DNA from: Bacilli bacterium
GTDB taxonomy: Bacteria; Bacillota_I; Bacilli_A; RF39; UBA660
DNA: 64,000 nt
Reading direction: 5' to 3'
Assembly: GCA_017460175.1 (NCBI GenBank)
Contig: JAFUBO010000004.1
Span: 23,592-87,591, forward strand
Shown here: one piece after another, positions 1 through 8,979 of the stretch
Position numbering within the stretch: position 1 is the stretch's first letter
How the letters are laid out: each line of letters begins with the position of its first letter
The notes under the pieces: model-generated
The model's database searches: none
What the model saw: the letters and a program-made list of their open reading frames with translations, nothing else
What the model was told of the DNA's origin: nothing
Program-made: the position numbers and the translations under genes

Positions 1-52
1 TATCGATAAGGCTAAAATTATAAGTAAATGTAAAAAATAGAAGAATAATCTT

Positions 53-955
53 CTATTTTTGATTTGTATCAGTTTTTATTTTTTCAAATATAATATTATC
101 TCCATCACTCGATGCAATAATGGTACCATCTAAATCTGTTCTATATATTTTTATATTTAATTTATTTAAATTGTTTAATACAATATCATGTGGAAAATGA
201 TAATCATTATCTTTTTCTACTGAGATAATTGCATATTTTGGATTAACTTTTTCTAAAAAGTCTAATCCTGTTGCGTCGTATGATCCATGATGAGACACTT
301 TTATTAAATCACTTTGTATATCTTGATTCATTATCTTTTTTTCTACTTCTTTTGTAGCATCTCCTGTAAATAAATAATTTGTATTTTTATAGTTTGCTTT
401 TAATACAATTGATGAATCGTTTAAATTTTCTAAATCATTTCCTATACTTAGTACTTTAAAATTTATTTCTTCCATAGTAAATGTATCATTTATATTAGGT
501 GTTTCGATAATTATATTTTTCTTTTTTAATTCTTTTAATACTTCAGTATATGTCATATTATCTGTATAGGTATCGGGCATTAAAAAGTGTTCTATATCAA
601 ATTCTCTTATGATGTTATCCATACCACCTATATGATCTTCATGAACATGTGTAGTTATTACATATTTAAATTTATTAATGCCTAATGATTTAAAATATTT
701 TATTAACTTATTACCATCTTTATTATTTCCTGCATCTATTAAAGAATATTCTCCATTGTTATAAATTAAAGTTGAATCTGCTTGTCCAACATCTATAAAA
801 TATATTTTTAAGTTTTCTTCTATATTACCTACTGGTTTTATTACTTCTTTTGATGGATTTATGTAATAATAGTATCCTAGAAATAAACCAATTAATAATA
901 CTATTTCTATTGTATATTTTAATTTTTCTTTAAACATGTTATATTTCTTTTTCAA
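53..955 (-). CDS. MBL-fold metallo-hydrolase with N-terminal membrane anchor (ComEC C-terminal-domain-like)
   Basis: There is an N-terminal hydrophobic segment. The metallo-beta-lactamase motif 'THVHEDHIGG' is present, with a later 'HHGS' His-rich motif. It overlaps the upstream gene by 17 nt, so it is in an operon. Confidence 0.65.
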   Translation of the reverse strand: MKKKYNMFKEKLKYTIEIVLLIGLFLGYYYYINPSKEVIKPVGNIEENLKIYFIDVGQADSTLIYNNGEYSLIDAGNNKDGNKLIKYFKSLGINKFKYVITTHVHEDHIGGMDNIIREFDIEHFLMPDTYTDNMTYTEVLKELKKKNIIIETPNINDTFTMEEINFKVLSIGNDLENLNDSSIVLKANYKNTNYLFTGDATKEVEKKIMNQDIQSDLIKVSHHGSYDATGLDFLEKVNPKYAIISVEKDNDYHFPHDIVLNNLNKLNIKIYRTDLDGTIIASSDGDNIIFEKIKTDTNQK

Positions 956-1637
956 TTAATTTATCTTTATAAGATACAAGAAATGCTTTTGAGTTTTTAT
1001 TAGATTTAATTATGCTAATTTTATTATCTACTATTTTTAAAGCTGTACAATTTTCTAATGAATATACTTCTTCATTATGTTTACTCAAATATTCTTCTAA
1101 TTCTTTTGTTTTAGTTGGATTAGAATGATAATGTGGGCAAAAATTTAGATTAACAAAATTTAGTCCTTTAATAAATTCGTGTTTATTACTTTCACCTCTT
1201 ACTATCAAAGAATCGGAAAAACCTTTATTTGATAGTAATATAGCTCCTGCTGACATACCAGCAAGTACAGTACCTTTATTGTATGCATTTAAAAGTAATT
1301 TATCTATTTTATATTCTTTAATGTCATTTATTAATTTTACTGTATCTCCTCCGCATATATATATAATATCTGCATTTTCTATTTTATTTACTACAATATC
1401 TGGATTATTAATAATATTTTTCTTTTTTAAATATACTGTCTCACAATTTAAATCTTTATAAATTTTTTTCATAGTATCATAATATGAATCAGAATGTGAT
1501 GATGCTAATCCTATAAAAAGAAAGTTTGGTTTTTCTTTTTCGGTCATTTTAACTATTTCTTCGTCTATTTCTTTAGTTTCATAAGAAGTTGTTCCACGTC
1601 CTGTATCACCACCACCGATTAACATTAATTTTTTCAT
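939..1637 (-). CDS. Peptidase S51 family protein (peptidase E / cyanophycinase-like, class I glutamine amidotransferase-like fold)
   Basis: The N-terminus 'MKKLMLIGGGDTGRG' and an internal 'IYICGGDT' match Ser-His-Glu dipeptidase E-type proteins, and the ~230 aa length fits. The stop overlaps the start of the downstream gene. Confidence 0.55.
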   Translation of the reverse strand: MKKLMLIGGGDTGRGTTSYETKEIDEEIVKMTEKEKPNFLFIGLASSHSDSYYDTMKKIYKDLNCETVYLKKKNIINNPDIVVNKIENADIIYICGGDTVKLINDIKEYKIDKLLLNAYNKGTVLAGMSAGAILLSNKGFSDSLIVRGESNKHEFIKGLNFVNLNFCPHYHSNPTKTKELEEYLSKHNEEVYSLENCTALKIVDNKISIIKSNKNSKAFLVSYKDKLIEKEI

Positions 1638-2194
1638 AATAATACCTCCTCAATTTCTTTCCAATTGTTTACTCTTATTATATTTTTATCATATTTTTTA
1701 TTGATGTTATGCCATCTATTAAATAATATTTTGATGTCTGCACCTTCTAAATTAGTTATTTTATCATCAATTTTAATATCAAAATTTAATAAATTCTTAT
1801 TAGTTGTAAAAATGTATTTAGATGGGTTAATAAATGGTAACATTTCTTTTAAATAGTAATATTTATATCCTAAATTTTTACCACTTATATCAATAACATC
1901 AGTCCATAGATATGATGTTACTATATATAAATCATATTTATCATTTAATTTTTTTAATACTTCATAGCAATCTTTAAATAAAGGTGCTCCTTTATATAAA
2001 TCTTTATTTTCTACATATTTCCAAAATTCTTCTTTTTTTGATTTAACTAAATCTTGAACATATTCATAATTAGTAATTTTAGTCATATCTATTTTTATAT
2101 TCATAAATTCTTCTATATATTTATTAAAATTACCATTTGTAATTACATCATCCATATCTATCATTAATGTTTTCATATTTTTCACTTCTATCAC
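1634..2194 (-). CDS. 5'(3')-deoxyribonucleotidase-like HAD-family phosphatase
   Basis: The N-terminal 'MKTLMIDMDDVITNG' is a HAD motif I (DxDxV/T). The ~186 aa size and overall pattern are typical of the NT5C-like family. Confidence 0.55.
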   Translation of the reverse strand: MIEVKNMKTLMIDMDDVITNGNFNKYIEEFMNIKIDMTKITNYEYVQDLVKSKKEEFWKYVENKDLYKGAPLFKDCYEVLKKLNDKYDLYIVTSYLWTDVIDISGKNLGYKYYYLKEMLPFINPSKYIFTTNKNLLNFDIKIDDKITNLEGADIKILFNRWHNINKKYDKNIIRVNNWKEIEEVLL

Positions 2195-3298
2195 TTATTT
2201 ATCATTTTTAAAGATATTATTAATATAATCTTTAAATTCTTCTTTCTTTGTGTTTTTGAAACAATCTAGTATTAAATTTATAAAATCAATTAATATTTCT
2301 TTTGTATTATTATTTATTTCTTTAGTTTCTTTAATTAATGTAAATATTTTTTTGTTTTTACTTGTTAATTCTAAGATGCTGGTAACTTCTGCTTTTTTTA
2401 ATACATCATTTAAATTTGTTACAAAATTATATTTATCTTCTTTATTATATTTTTCTAACCATTCTTTTAATCTTATATCTAAATTTGTAGACATTGGTGA
2501 TAAATCTGATTGTATTAGTTTTTTATCTTCTATCATCCAAAAATTAATTGCATGTGATAATATACCTTTATTTGATGATTTAACTACATAATCATTTGAA
2601 TGGTTTAAAAATAATCCTATATATGTTGTATCTGGAATTATATGCACATATTTATTATTTATTTTTTTATACTTTTTAGAATTAAATTCTTTATCTAATA
2701 AACCAGGTCCATCCATATTATAGATTAATTTAATTTTTCTTCTTACAAAGATATTAGCATTCATTCCTGCAACTAGAGCAAGATTACCTCCTTTTGAATG
2801 ACCACCTACTATTAGTTCTTTTGAATTAAATGTAAAGTTTTTATTTAAGTATCTAATGGCCGTTTTATGCGATATCGTTGGAAATTTATAACTTATAATA
2901 AAATCTTCTATCCATCCACTAAATAATTGATCAGTTCCTTCGAATGATACATAAACTTTATTAGGCATATACTCTATGGAAATGGCTCCAAATTGAATTT
3001 TTTCATTTCCTATGTATTCATAATTATATACTATACAATTTTTGTATCTTTTCGTATCAGCTATATATTTTAATAATTTATTTGCTTCTTTAACAGCATA
3101 TATATTTTTATCTTTAGTATTATGTATTTTTTGATAACTCTCAGCTATGTCTCTTATGCTTTTCTTACTTGATTTATCTAGTATGTTTTCAAAATTTGCA
3201 TATGAAAGAAAACTAAATAATACTGAATCTATTTCATTAAATTGTTCTTCTTCAAATGTTTTATTACCATATTTATCAATGTAATTGTATATATCCAT
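2195..3298 (-). CDS. Alpha/beta-hydrolase, lipase class-3-like (DUF2974/Mbeg1-like)
   Basis: A nucleophile-elbow motif 'GGHSKGGNLALVAG' (GxSxG) is present. Confidence 0.5.
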   Translation of the reverse strand: MDIYNYIDKYGNKTFEEEQFNEIDSVLFSFLSYANFENILDKSSKKSIRDIAESYQKIHNTKDKNIYAVKEANKLLKYIADTKRYKNCIVYNYEYIGNEKIQFGAISIEYMPNKVYVSFEGTDQLFSGWIEDFIISYKFPTISHKTAIRYLNKNFTFNSKELIVGGHSKGGNLALVAGMNANIFVRRKIKLIYNMDGPGLLDKEFNSKKYKKINNKYVHIIPDTTYIGLFLNHSNDYVVKSSNKGILSHAINFWMIEDKKLIQSDLSPMSTNLDIRLKEWLEKYNKEDKYNFVTNLNDVLKKAEVTSILELTSKNKKIFTLIKETKEINNNTKEILIDFINLILDCFKNTKKEEFKDYINNIFKNDK

Positions 3299-3329
3299 AA
3301 AATCACCTTCTAAAATATTATATCATATA

Positions 3330-3356
3330 AAAACAAAAAGGACTTAGTCCTTTTAT
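3330..3356 (-). terminator. Rho-independent terminator downstream of trxB (hairpin GGAC-tta-GTCC flanked by A/T runs; could act bidirectionally)
   Basis: The sequence aaaaaGGACttaGTCCtttt is read directly. It overlaps the trxB stop codon. Confidence 0.5.
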
Positions 3357-4261
3357 TGATTTATGTATTTAACAGCTTCTGTTGCAGCAAGTGCACCATC
3401 AGATGTAGCTGTTACCAATTGTCGTAATGATTTTTCTCTAATATCCCCTGCAACAAATATACCTGGTATGTTGGTATGACATAATTTATCACTTACGATA
3501 TAACCATATTCATCTATTTCTATAATATCTTTGAATATGTCATTCATTGGAATTTTTCCTATCGCAATAAATAATGCATCAGTAGATATTGTGTCTATTT
3601 TATTGTTTGATAAAATATCAATACTATCTAATTTTTCATTACCATTTAATTTGTTTATTGTGGCGTTTAATACTAATTTAATATTACTAATACTATTTAA
3701 TTTATCAATTAAAATTTGATCAGCTCTAAATTTATCTCTTCTATGAATTAAATATACTGTATTACATATATTAGATAAATATATTGCTTCTTCTAATGCG
3801 GTATTTCCCCCACCTACTACACAAACATTTTTATTTTTGTAGAATGACCCGTCACAAGTAGCACAATATGATATACCTTTTCCAATGAATTTATCTTCAT
3901 TTTCAATGTTTAATTTACGATTATCAGTTCCTGTTGCAATAATAATGGCTTTTGCTTTGTATATATTGTTTTTTGTATTTACTTTTTTATAATCTTTTAA
4001 ATTTTCAATTGAAATTACTTTTTCTTCTATTATTTCTACACCTAATTCGGTAATTTGATTATATAGTTTAGTTGCAAAATCGTATCCTGATATATGTTCT
4101 TGAGTTGGATAATTTTCTATATCCACTGTATTTATTATTTGTCCACCATAATTTAATGCTTCTAAAACCAATACTTTTTTATTTGCACGTTTTGCATATA
4201 GTGCTGCTGTCATACCAGCTGGTCCTGCACCTATTATTATAATATCATACATATTATTCAC
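3353..4261 (-). CDS. trxB: Thioredoxin-disulfide reductase
   Basis: An FAD-binding N-terminus 'IIIGAGPAGMTAALYA' and the redox-active 'CATCDG' are present. A second 'GGGNTA' NADPH motif is also there, and the 302 aa length fits. Confidence 0.9.
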   Translation of the reverse strand: MNNMYDIIIIGAGPAGMTAALYAKRANKKVLVLEALNYGGQIINTVDIENYPTQEHISGYDFATKLYNQITELGVEIIEEKVISIENLKDYKKVNTKNNIYKAKAIIIATGTDNRKLNIENEDKFIGKGISYCATCDGSFYKNKNVCVVGGGNTALEEAIYLSNICNTVYLIHRRDKFRADQILIDKLNSISNIKLVLNATINKLNGNEKLDSIDILSNNKIDTISTDALFIAIGKIPMNDIFKDIIEIDEYGYIVSDKLCHTNIPGIFVAGDIREKSLRQLVTATSDGALAATEAVKYINQ

Positions 4262-4565
4262 CTATTAATTCTTCTATTTCATTTTTAGAAATTAATCCAA
4301 CATTTCTTTTTATTTCTTTTCCATCTTTTACAACTACTAAACATGGTATAGAAAATACATTATATTCTTTTGCTAAATCTTGATTATTATCTACGTCAAT
4401 TGAAACAATCTTTATATTATCGTTTTGCTCTGCTATTTTTTCAAGAACTGGACCTATCATTTTACAAGGACCACACCAAGTAGCATTAAAATCTATTAAT
4501 ACTTTTTGTTTTGAATTTATAACTTCTTCATTAAAATTATCTTCATCTACATTTATTATTTTCAT
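4254..4565 (-). CDS. trxA: Thioredoxin
   Basis: It has the 'WCGPCK' active site and is 103 aa. It overlaps the trxB start by 8 nt. Confidence 0.9.
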   Translation of the reverse strand: MKIINVDEDNFNEEVINSKQKVLIDFNATWCGPCKMIGPVLEKIAEQNDNIKIVSIDVDNNQDLAKEYNVFSIPCLVVVKDGKEIKRNVGLISKNEIEELIGE

Positions 4566-4669
4566 ATTATCTCTCCTTACTTATAATTTTAACATTTTAT
4601 TAATTTTCAAACAATATTTTTTATAAAGTATATAAAAATAAAACACAAATATATAATTTGTGCTTTATT

Positions 4670-4975
4670 TTACTTTTTCTTTAATACTTTGGTTGAATCT
4701 TCGTTATATTCAGTATTAATTTTTTTTATAATTTCTTCTTCCTCTATTCCTGTACTTATATAATATAAATATTTTTGTCTTATTTCAAAAAATAACGAAA
4801 AATCTTCTGTTATATCTTTATCTATTTTTATAATTTTTTTAGAATTTAAAACTTCATTTTCATCTAGTGTAATCATCATACCACAATCTAAACAAACACA
4901 GTCGTATTCAGTTTTAGTACCGTTTGATGTTTTTTTTCTAATTAATAAAGCTTTATGTTCATTTTTATTTTCCAT
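4670..4975 (-). CDS. Hypothetical small protein with a possible zinc-ribbon (CVCLDCG)
   Basis: I see an ORF only, plus the Cys cluster 'CVCLDCG'. I do not recognise a family. Confidence 0.35.
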   Translation of the reverse strand: MENKNEHKALLIRKKTSNGTKTEYDCVCLDCGMMITLDENEVLNSKKIIKIDKDITEDFSLFFEIRQKYLYYISTGIEEEEIIKKINTEYNEDSTKVLKKK

Positions 4976-4988
4976 ATTTTAACTTCCT

Positions 4989-5684
4989 TTATTTTATTTT
5001 TCTTAAAATTTTCTTTTCTTTTTGTACTTCTTTTTTAAATTCTTTAGAGCTTGTAGATGATTTAAATCTCTCAATTTCTTTTTTTAATTTTTCTTTATAA
5101 CATTCTTGTACTGGTTTTTGATTTTTTTCTATTTCTTCTAGTATCTTTTGAATATATTTGCTTAAATTTATATTGTCTTCATCTAACATTATATTATATA
5201 AATAATCTATTGTATCTTTAAAATCTTCTATTTTAGTAATTTTTGGATTTTGCATTTTATAATATAAATTTTTTTCTATTACATACCCAAGAGAAGTATC
5301 ATAAACCCATGTTCTACCATCTTTTTCTTCTCTTTCTACAAAACAATGGTTGGCATAGTTATCACCTAATTCTCCATTTTGATATTTTTCTAAGTATTTT
5401 GGTTGATATTTTAAACCATCAACATCGGCATGGATGACTTTTGCTTTATCTCCAAGGAATCCTAATGTTATTAATCTAGCTCTATCATAACAATGTTTTT
5501 GAACTAAATTATAATCTAGTAATAATATTGTTGCGGGTATGCCTCCACAATAAATATATCTTAAGTTTTCAAGTAATTCATTATCATATTCTTTAACTAA
5601 ACCTTGTATCTTTCCATAATTCATTAGAGATTTATAATTTTTTACATAATTACTCCAGTTTATTTCATCTTTTAAATCTAACAT
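4989..5684 (-). CDS. Hypothetical protein (possible Cys/His hydrolase-like core, Lys-rich C-terminal tail)
   Basis: This 231-aa ORF has conserved-looking 'YCGG', 'HADVDG' and 'NHCFVE' segments. The C-terminal 50 aa form a K/E-rich coiled-coil-like tail. Confidence 0.35.
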   Translation of the reverse strand: MLDLKDEINWSNYVKNYKSLMNYGKIQGLVKEYDNELLENLRYIYCGGIPATILLLDYNLVQKHCYDRARLITLGFLGDKAKVIHADVDGLKYQPKYLEKYQNGELGDNYANHCFVEREEKDGRTWVYDTSLGYVIEKNLYYKMQNPKITKIEDFKDTIDYLYNIMLDEDNINLSKYIQKILEEIEKNQKPVQECYKEKLKKEIERFKSSTSSKEFKKEVQKEKKILRKIK

Positions 5685-5748
5685 ATTATCCCCTCTCTAT
5701 ATAGCAGTATATTATAACATATTTATCGCTTTTTTTCAAGAAAAATTA

Positions 5749-5770
5749 AAACAATCATTTCTGATTGTTT
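5749..5770 (-). terminator. Terminator-like hairpin downstream of the tRNA pair
   Basis: The sequence AAACAATCA-tttc-TGATTGTTT forms a 9-bp stem. On the minus strand it is followed by a U-rich tract. Confidence 0.3.
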
Positions 5771-5778
5771 ATTACATA

Positions 5779-5862
5779 TGGTGCGAGTAACAGGAGTTGA
5801 ACCTGCACGTCTAAGACACTAGATCCTAAGTCTAGCGCGTCTGCCAATTCCGCCATACTCGC
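5779..5862 (-). tRNA. tRNA-Leu (anticodon TAG), 84 nt with long variable arm
   Basis: The reverse complement reads GCGAGTATGGCGGAATTGGCAGACGCGCTAGACTTAGGATCTAG...GGTTCAACTCCTGTTACTCGCACCA. It has a 7-bp acceptor stem, an anticodon loop CTTAGGA, a T-loop GGTTCAACTCC and an encoded CCA. Confidence 0.8.
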
Positions 5863-5873
5863 ATATATAAAAA

Positions 5874-5950
5874 TGGTGGACCCTACAGGACTCGAACCTG
5901 TGACCGCCCGGTTATGAGCCGGATGCTCTAACCAACTGAGCTAAGGGTCC
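5874..5950 (-). tRNA. tRNA with CAT anticodon (elongator Met or lysidine-modified Ile2), 77 nt
   Basis: The reverse complement reads GGACCCTTAGCTCAGTTGGTTAGAGCATCCGGCTCATAACCGGGCGGTCACAGGTTCGAGTCCTGTAGGGTCCACCA. Its anticodon loop is CTCATAA. Met cannot be told from Ile2 by sequence alone. Confidence 0.8.
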
Positions 5951-6020
5951 ATCGCTATTTAATAATAGCATAATTTTTACTTCTGTGCAAGAGAAATAAT
6001 AAAAAAATAAGAGTTTTCTC

Positions 6021-6449
6021 TTATTTTTGTAACATATTTAATAAATTAATTTTAAACATATCTTTTTCTGGATTTGTTTTAGAAATCATGACACCTTTAT
6101 ACGTAGATAATTCCGCTCTATGTCCTTCATCTAATATACCTTCTGGGGTAATATTAGTTAATAGAATAATCTTCTTATCATTATATACCGTATAATGTAA
6201 TGTTACAGGTCCATGAACTTTTTTAAATAATTCATCTGTTGGTAATAATAATTCATAACTTACAGTATTATTTTTTTCGTCTCTTTTAACTTCTTTACCT
6301 AAAAATGTTCCTTTACGTAATTCTGGGTAATAGTTAAAAGTTAATTTCTTATAAGCTAACATATTATATTTTCTTACAGATCTTTCTTTTTTTCTAAAAT
6401 CATTTTCATCAAGATATTCGAATATAAAACTATTTTTCATTATATTCAA
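6021..6449 (-). CDS. Hypothetical protein (142 aa)
   Basis: I see an ORF only. It sits next to the tRNA genes and I recognise no motif. Confidence 0.35.
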   Translation of the reverse strand: MNIMKNSFIFEYLDENDFRKKERSVRKYNMLAYKKLTFNYYPELRKGTFLGKEVKRDEKNNTVSYELLLPTDELFKKVHGPVTLHYTVYNDKKIILLTNITPEGILDEGHRAELSTYKGVMISKTNPEKDMFKINLLNMLQK

Positions 6450-6560
6450 CCCCCTAAATACTTGAAGCCTTCTGTACCTTCAATGTACACATATTATACT
6501 ACTTTTTCATTGATTTGTCAAACATTTTTTCGTAAAAAAAGATAAAAAAGTTTTTCTTTT

Positions 6561-8966
6561 TTATCTTCTATTTCTATTATATGAATATTCTTTTGAAGAA
6601 ACAATTGGATTACCATCTTCATCATATGATATATATTGTTCATCGTATTCAATATATGCTTGACCATTATCTACATCAATATATTCGATAAGATCATCAT
6701 ATGATACTTTTGCTGTATTATTTATATAGTTTCTTTCCTCAAATGCATTTTCAGTATCTTCTGGATTTGGTAAAGGTTCATAAGCTCCACTTGGATCTGT
6801 GGTAATGTTTTGAACTGAATCATCTAAATTTCCATTTTCATCAGAGTATTCATCATCAAAATCTACATTAGAAGAAAAGTCATCTTCATTTACTGATATA
6901 TTATTTGATGGGTCTATATCACTATTGTTTTGATCTATTTTATCATTTGCAGTATTTATATCGTCTTGTAATTGTTGTTGTTCTTGTGCTATTTCTTGAT
7001 TTATTTTATCTGCATTTGCATCTTCTAAATCTTGTTGTCTTCTTGCTTCTTCTTCTGCTTCTTCTGATCCTCTACGGCTTGCTTCTTGATTTTCTTCATC
7101 AATATCATTATCAATATCGTTACGAACATCAGTAGGTATTTCTCCTTCAGTTGTAGAAGTAACCGTATCATATGTTGTAGATGATTCTTCCCAAGAAACT
7201 GTTTCTGAGTATGTTGCTTCTGTATATGTTGTATCTTCATATAATGTAAATTCATTACCTAATAGAATATTTTCTCTATTAACTATTGATTGGAATAAAT
7301 AAAGATTAGCTAATTCTCTATGTTCGTCATCAATTACATATTCATTTCTATCAGTTAAATCTTTTATTATTGAACTTCTATATTGTTCATATAATGGATT
7401 TTCATTGTCTTCATATGCACCTAACATTATAGTTTCAATACGTTCAAACTTATCATCAGCATGATTACATAAACCAATATCATTTATAAAATCAATTGAT
7501 GTATCATCTAGTGTATTATCTACTTCTAAATTTTGGAATATTATTTCAGCTGCAGCTATCATAGGTGTAACAGCTAATTGATAATCTTTTAATGAATTTC
7601 TACTATCAGCATGTGATATTCCTTCTGTTCTTTCTTCTTCAGTTATTGGGAAGTCTTCTTTAACTGCTGCATAGAATTCGTTAACTAATTCTATTTGTTC
7701 TTCACCTGTTGCTTCTTTAGCAGCTAAGAACATATTATGATATCTAGCATAGAATTCTTTTCCTTCATCACTGTTTATTAAATTTGACATATCTACAGGA
7801 TTTTGACTATTTTCAATTACATAAGCTCCCATTAATTGTAATGATGCATCTTTATATGCGTTTGACATATCTTCAGCGTTTATTACTGTTCCATTGAAAT
7901 ATGCTCTAACATCTTCAACGCTGTAATCATTATACGCTTGTTGTAATGCAACCATTTCATCAAATGATAAAGCTGCTCTAATATTATTTGCATTTTCTAA
8001 GTAAGCATTTGCAAATGTACCATTAAATGCATTTAGTGAAGCACTTAAATTGATCATAGAATCTTTTTGTGTATCACTCAATGTAACATTTAATAATTCT
8101 GCAAATGTATAATCATTATATAAATCATTATTTGCAGTAAATTCTGTACTTTCAGTTTGATCAGTACTACTTAAAGTTGGACCATATAATGTATCATCAA
8201 TTGTATTTTCATCTTCTAATGTTGTTGTTGTAGTTGTAGTTGTTGGTAAATTACTATTTTTAATTTCTCCTGTTTTCTTTTTATGACAACATGCAAATAT
8301 AGTTCCAGCTACTAGTAATCCTAATAAACCAGCACCAATTTTTATTCCTAAATAATTTCTTTTTGCTAATTTTTCTCCTGCTCTATTAATGAAATTATCT
8401 TCATCTTCTATAATGATTTCGTCTTCTAATTCTTCATCTTCTATTTCTTCATCAAATGATGCATCAAGTTTTTCTTCTTCTACTTCTTCTTCATAAGATT
8501 CACTGATTTGTTCATCTTCTATATTTTTACTAGGATAGTAGTAATCTTCACTAATATATTCTTCTTGTTTTTCTTCATCATTAACTACTATTGTACTATT
8601 ATTAATAGTAGTAATTTCAGGTTCTGTTTCTTTTTCTTCATCATTAACTACTATTGTACTATTATCAACAGTAGTAATTTCAGATTCTGTTTCTTTTTCT
8701 TCGTTTTTTTCAATAAATATGTTGTATTTATCCATAAATTCATCAATTGTCATTACATGGAATACATCTTTATTAATCATTTCTTTTAAAGTTTCTTTTG
8801 ATGTAATATTTCTTTGTTTAGCTACTTCTTCACATGCTACTAAACCTTCTTCATAACTACCAATTTTTCTTCTACCATCACTATAGAAAATACATGAGTT
8901 AACTATTCTTTTTCCATTTTCATAGTAATAATATATAACTATATCTTTAATTAAATCTTTTTCCAT
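6561..8966 (-). CDS. Large single-pass membrane protein with extremely acidic low-complexity regions and internal tandem repeats
   Basis: This is an 801-aa protein with a globular N-terminal ~90 aa. It has D/E-rich tracts and one TM segment 'LGIKIGAGLLGLLVAGTIFACC'. A Thr8 linker and duplicated 'EKETE(S/P)EITT(V/I)(D/N)NSTIVVNDEEK' modules (nt ~8560-8700) follow. The C-terminus is acidic with a Q/E-rich coiled-coil-like region. Confidence 0.5.
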   Translation of the reverse strand: MEKDLIKDIVIYYYYENGKRIVNSCIFYSDGRRKIGSYEEGLVACEEVAKQRNITSKETLKEMINKDVFHVMTIDEFMDKYNIFIEKNEEKETESEITTVDNSTIVVNDEEKETEPEITTINNSTIVVNDEEKQEEYISEDYYYPSKNIEDEQISESYEEEVEEEKLDASFDEEIEDEELEDEIIIEDEDNFINRAGEKLAKRNYLGIKIGAGLLGLLVAGTIFACCHKKKTGEIKNSNLPTTTTTTTTLEDENTIDDTLYGPTLSSTDQTESTEFTANNDLYNDYTFAELLNVTLSDTQKDSMINLSASLNAFNGTFANAYLENANNIRAALSFDEMVALQQAYNDYSVEDVRAYFNGTVINAEDMSNAYKDASLQLMGAYVIENSQNPVDMSNLINSDEGKEFYARYHNMFLAAKEATGEEQIELVNEFYAAVKEDFPITEEERTEGISHADSRNSLKDYQLAVTPMIAAAEIIFQNLEVDNTLDDTSIDFINDIGLCNHADDKFERIETIMLGAYEDNENPLYEQYRSSIIKDLTDRNEYVIDDEHRELANLYLFQSIVNRENILLGNEFTLYEDTTYTEATYSETVSWEESSTTYDTVTSTTEGEIPTDVRNDIDNDIDEENQEASRRGSEEAEEEARRQQDLEDANADKINQEIAQEQQQLQDDINTANDKIDQNNSDIDPSNNISVNEDDFSSNVDFDDEYSDENGNLDDSVQNITTDPSGAYEPLPNPEDTENAFEERNYINNTAKVSYDDLIEYIDVDNGQAYIEYDEQYISYDEDGNPIVSSKEYSYNRNRR

Positions 8967-8979
8967 TAGTGATACCCCC

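Noticed and set aside
1279-1461. Numerous 60-125-aa ORFs on the strand opposite to long CDSs (e.g. 1279-1461, 2250-2591, 8508-8789, 35583-35915, 45575-45895, 60461-61299)
   Set aside because: They lie entirely inside well-supported genes on the other strand and have low-complexity F/L/I/S-rich translations typical of antisense frames in AT-rich DNA. They have no RBS.
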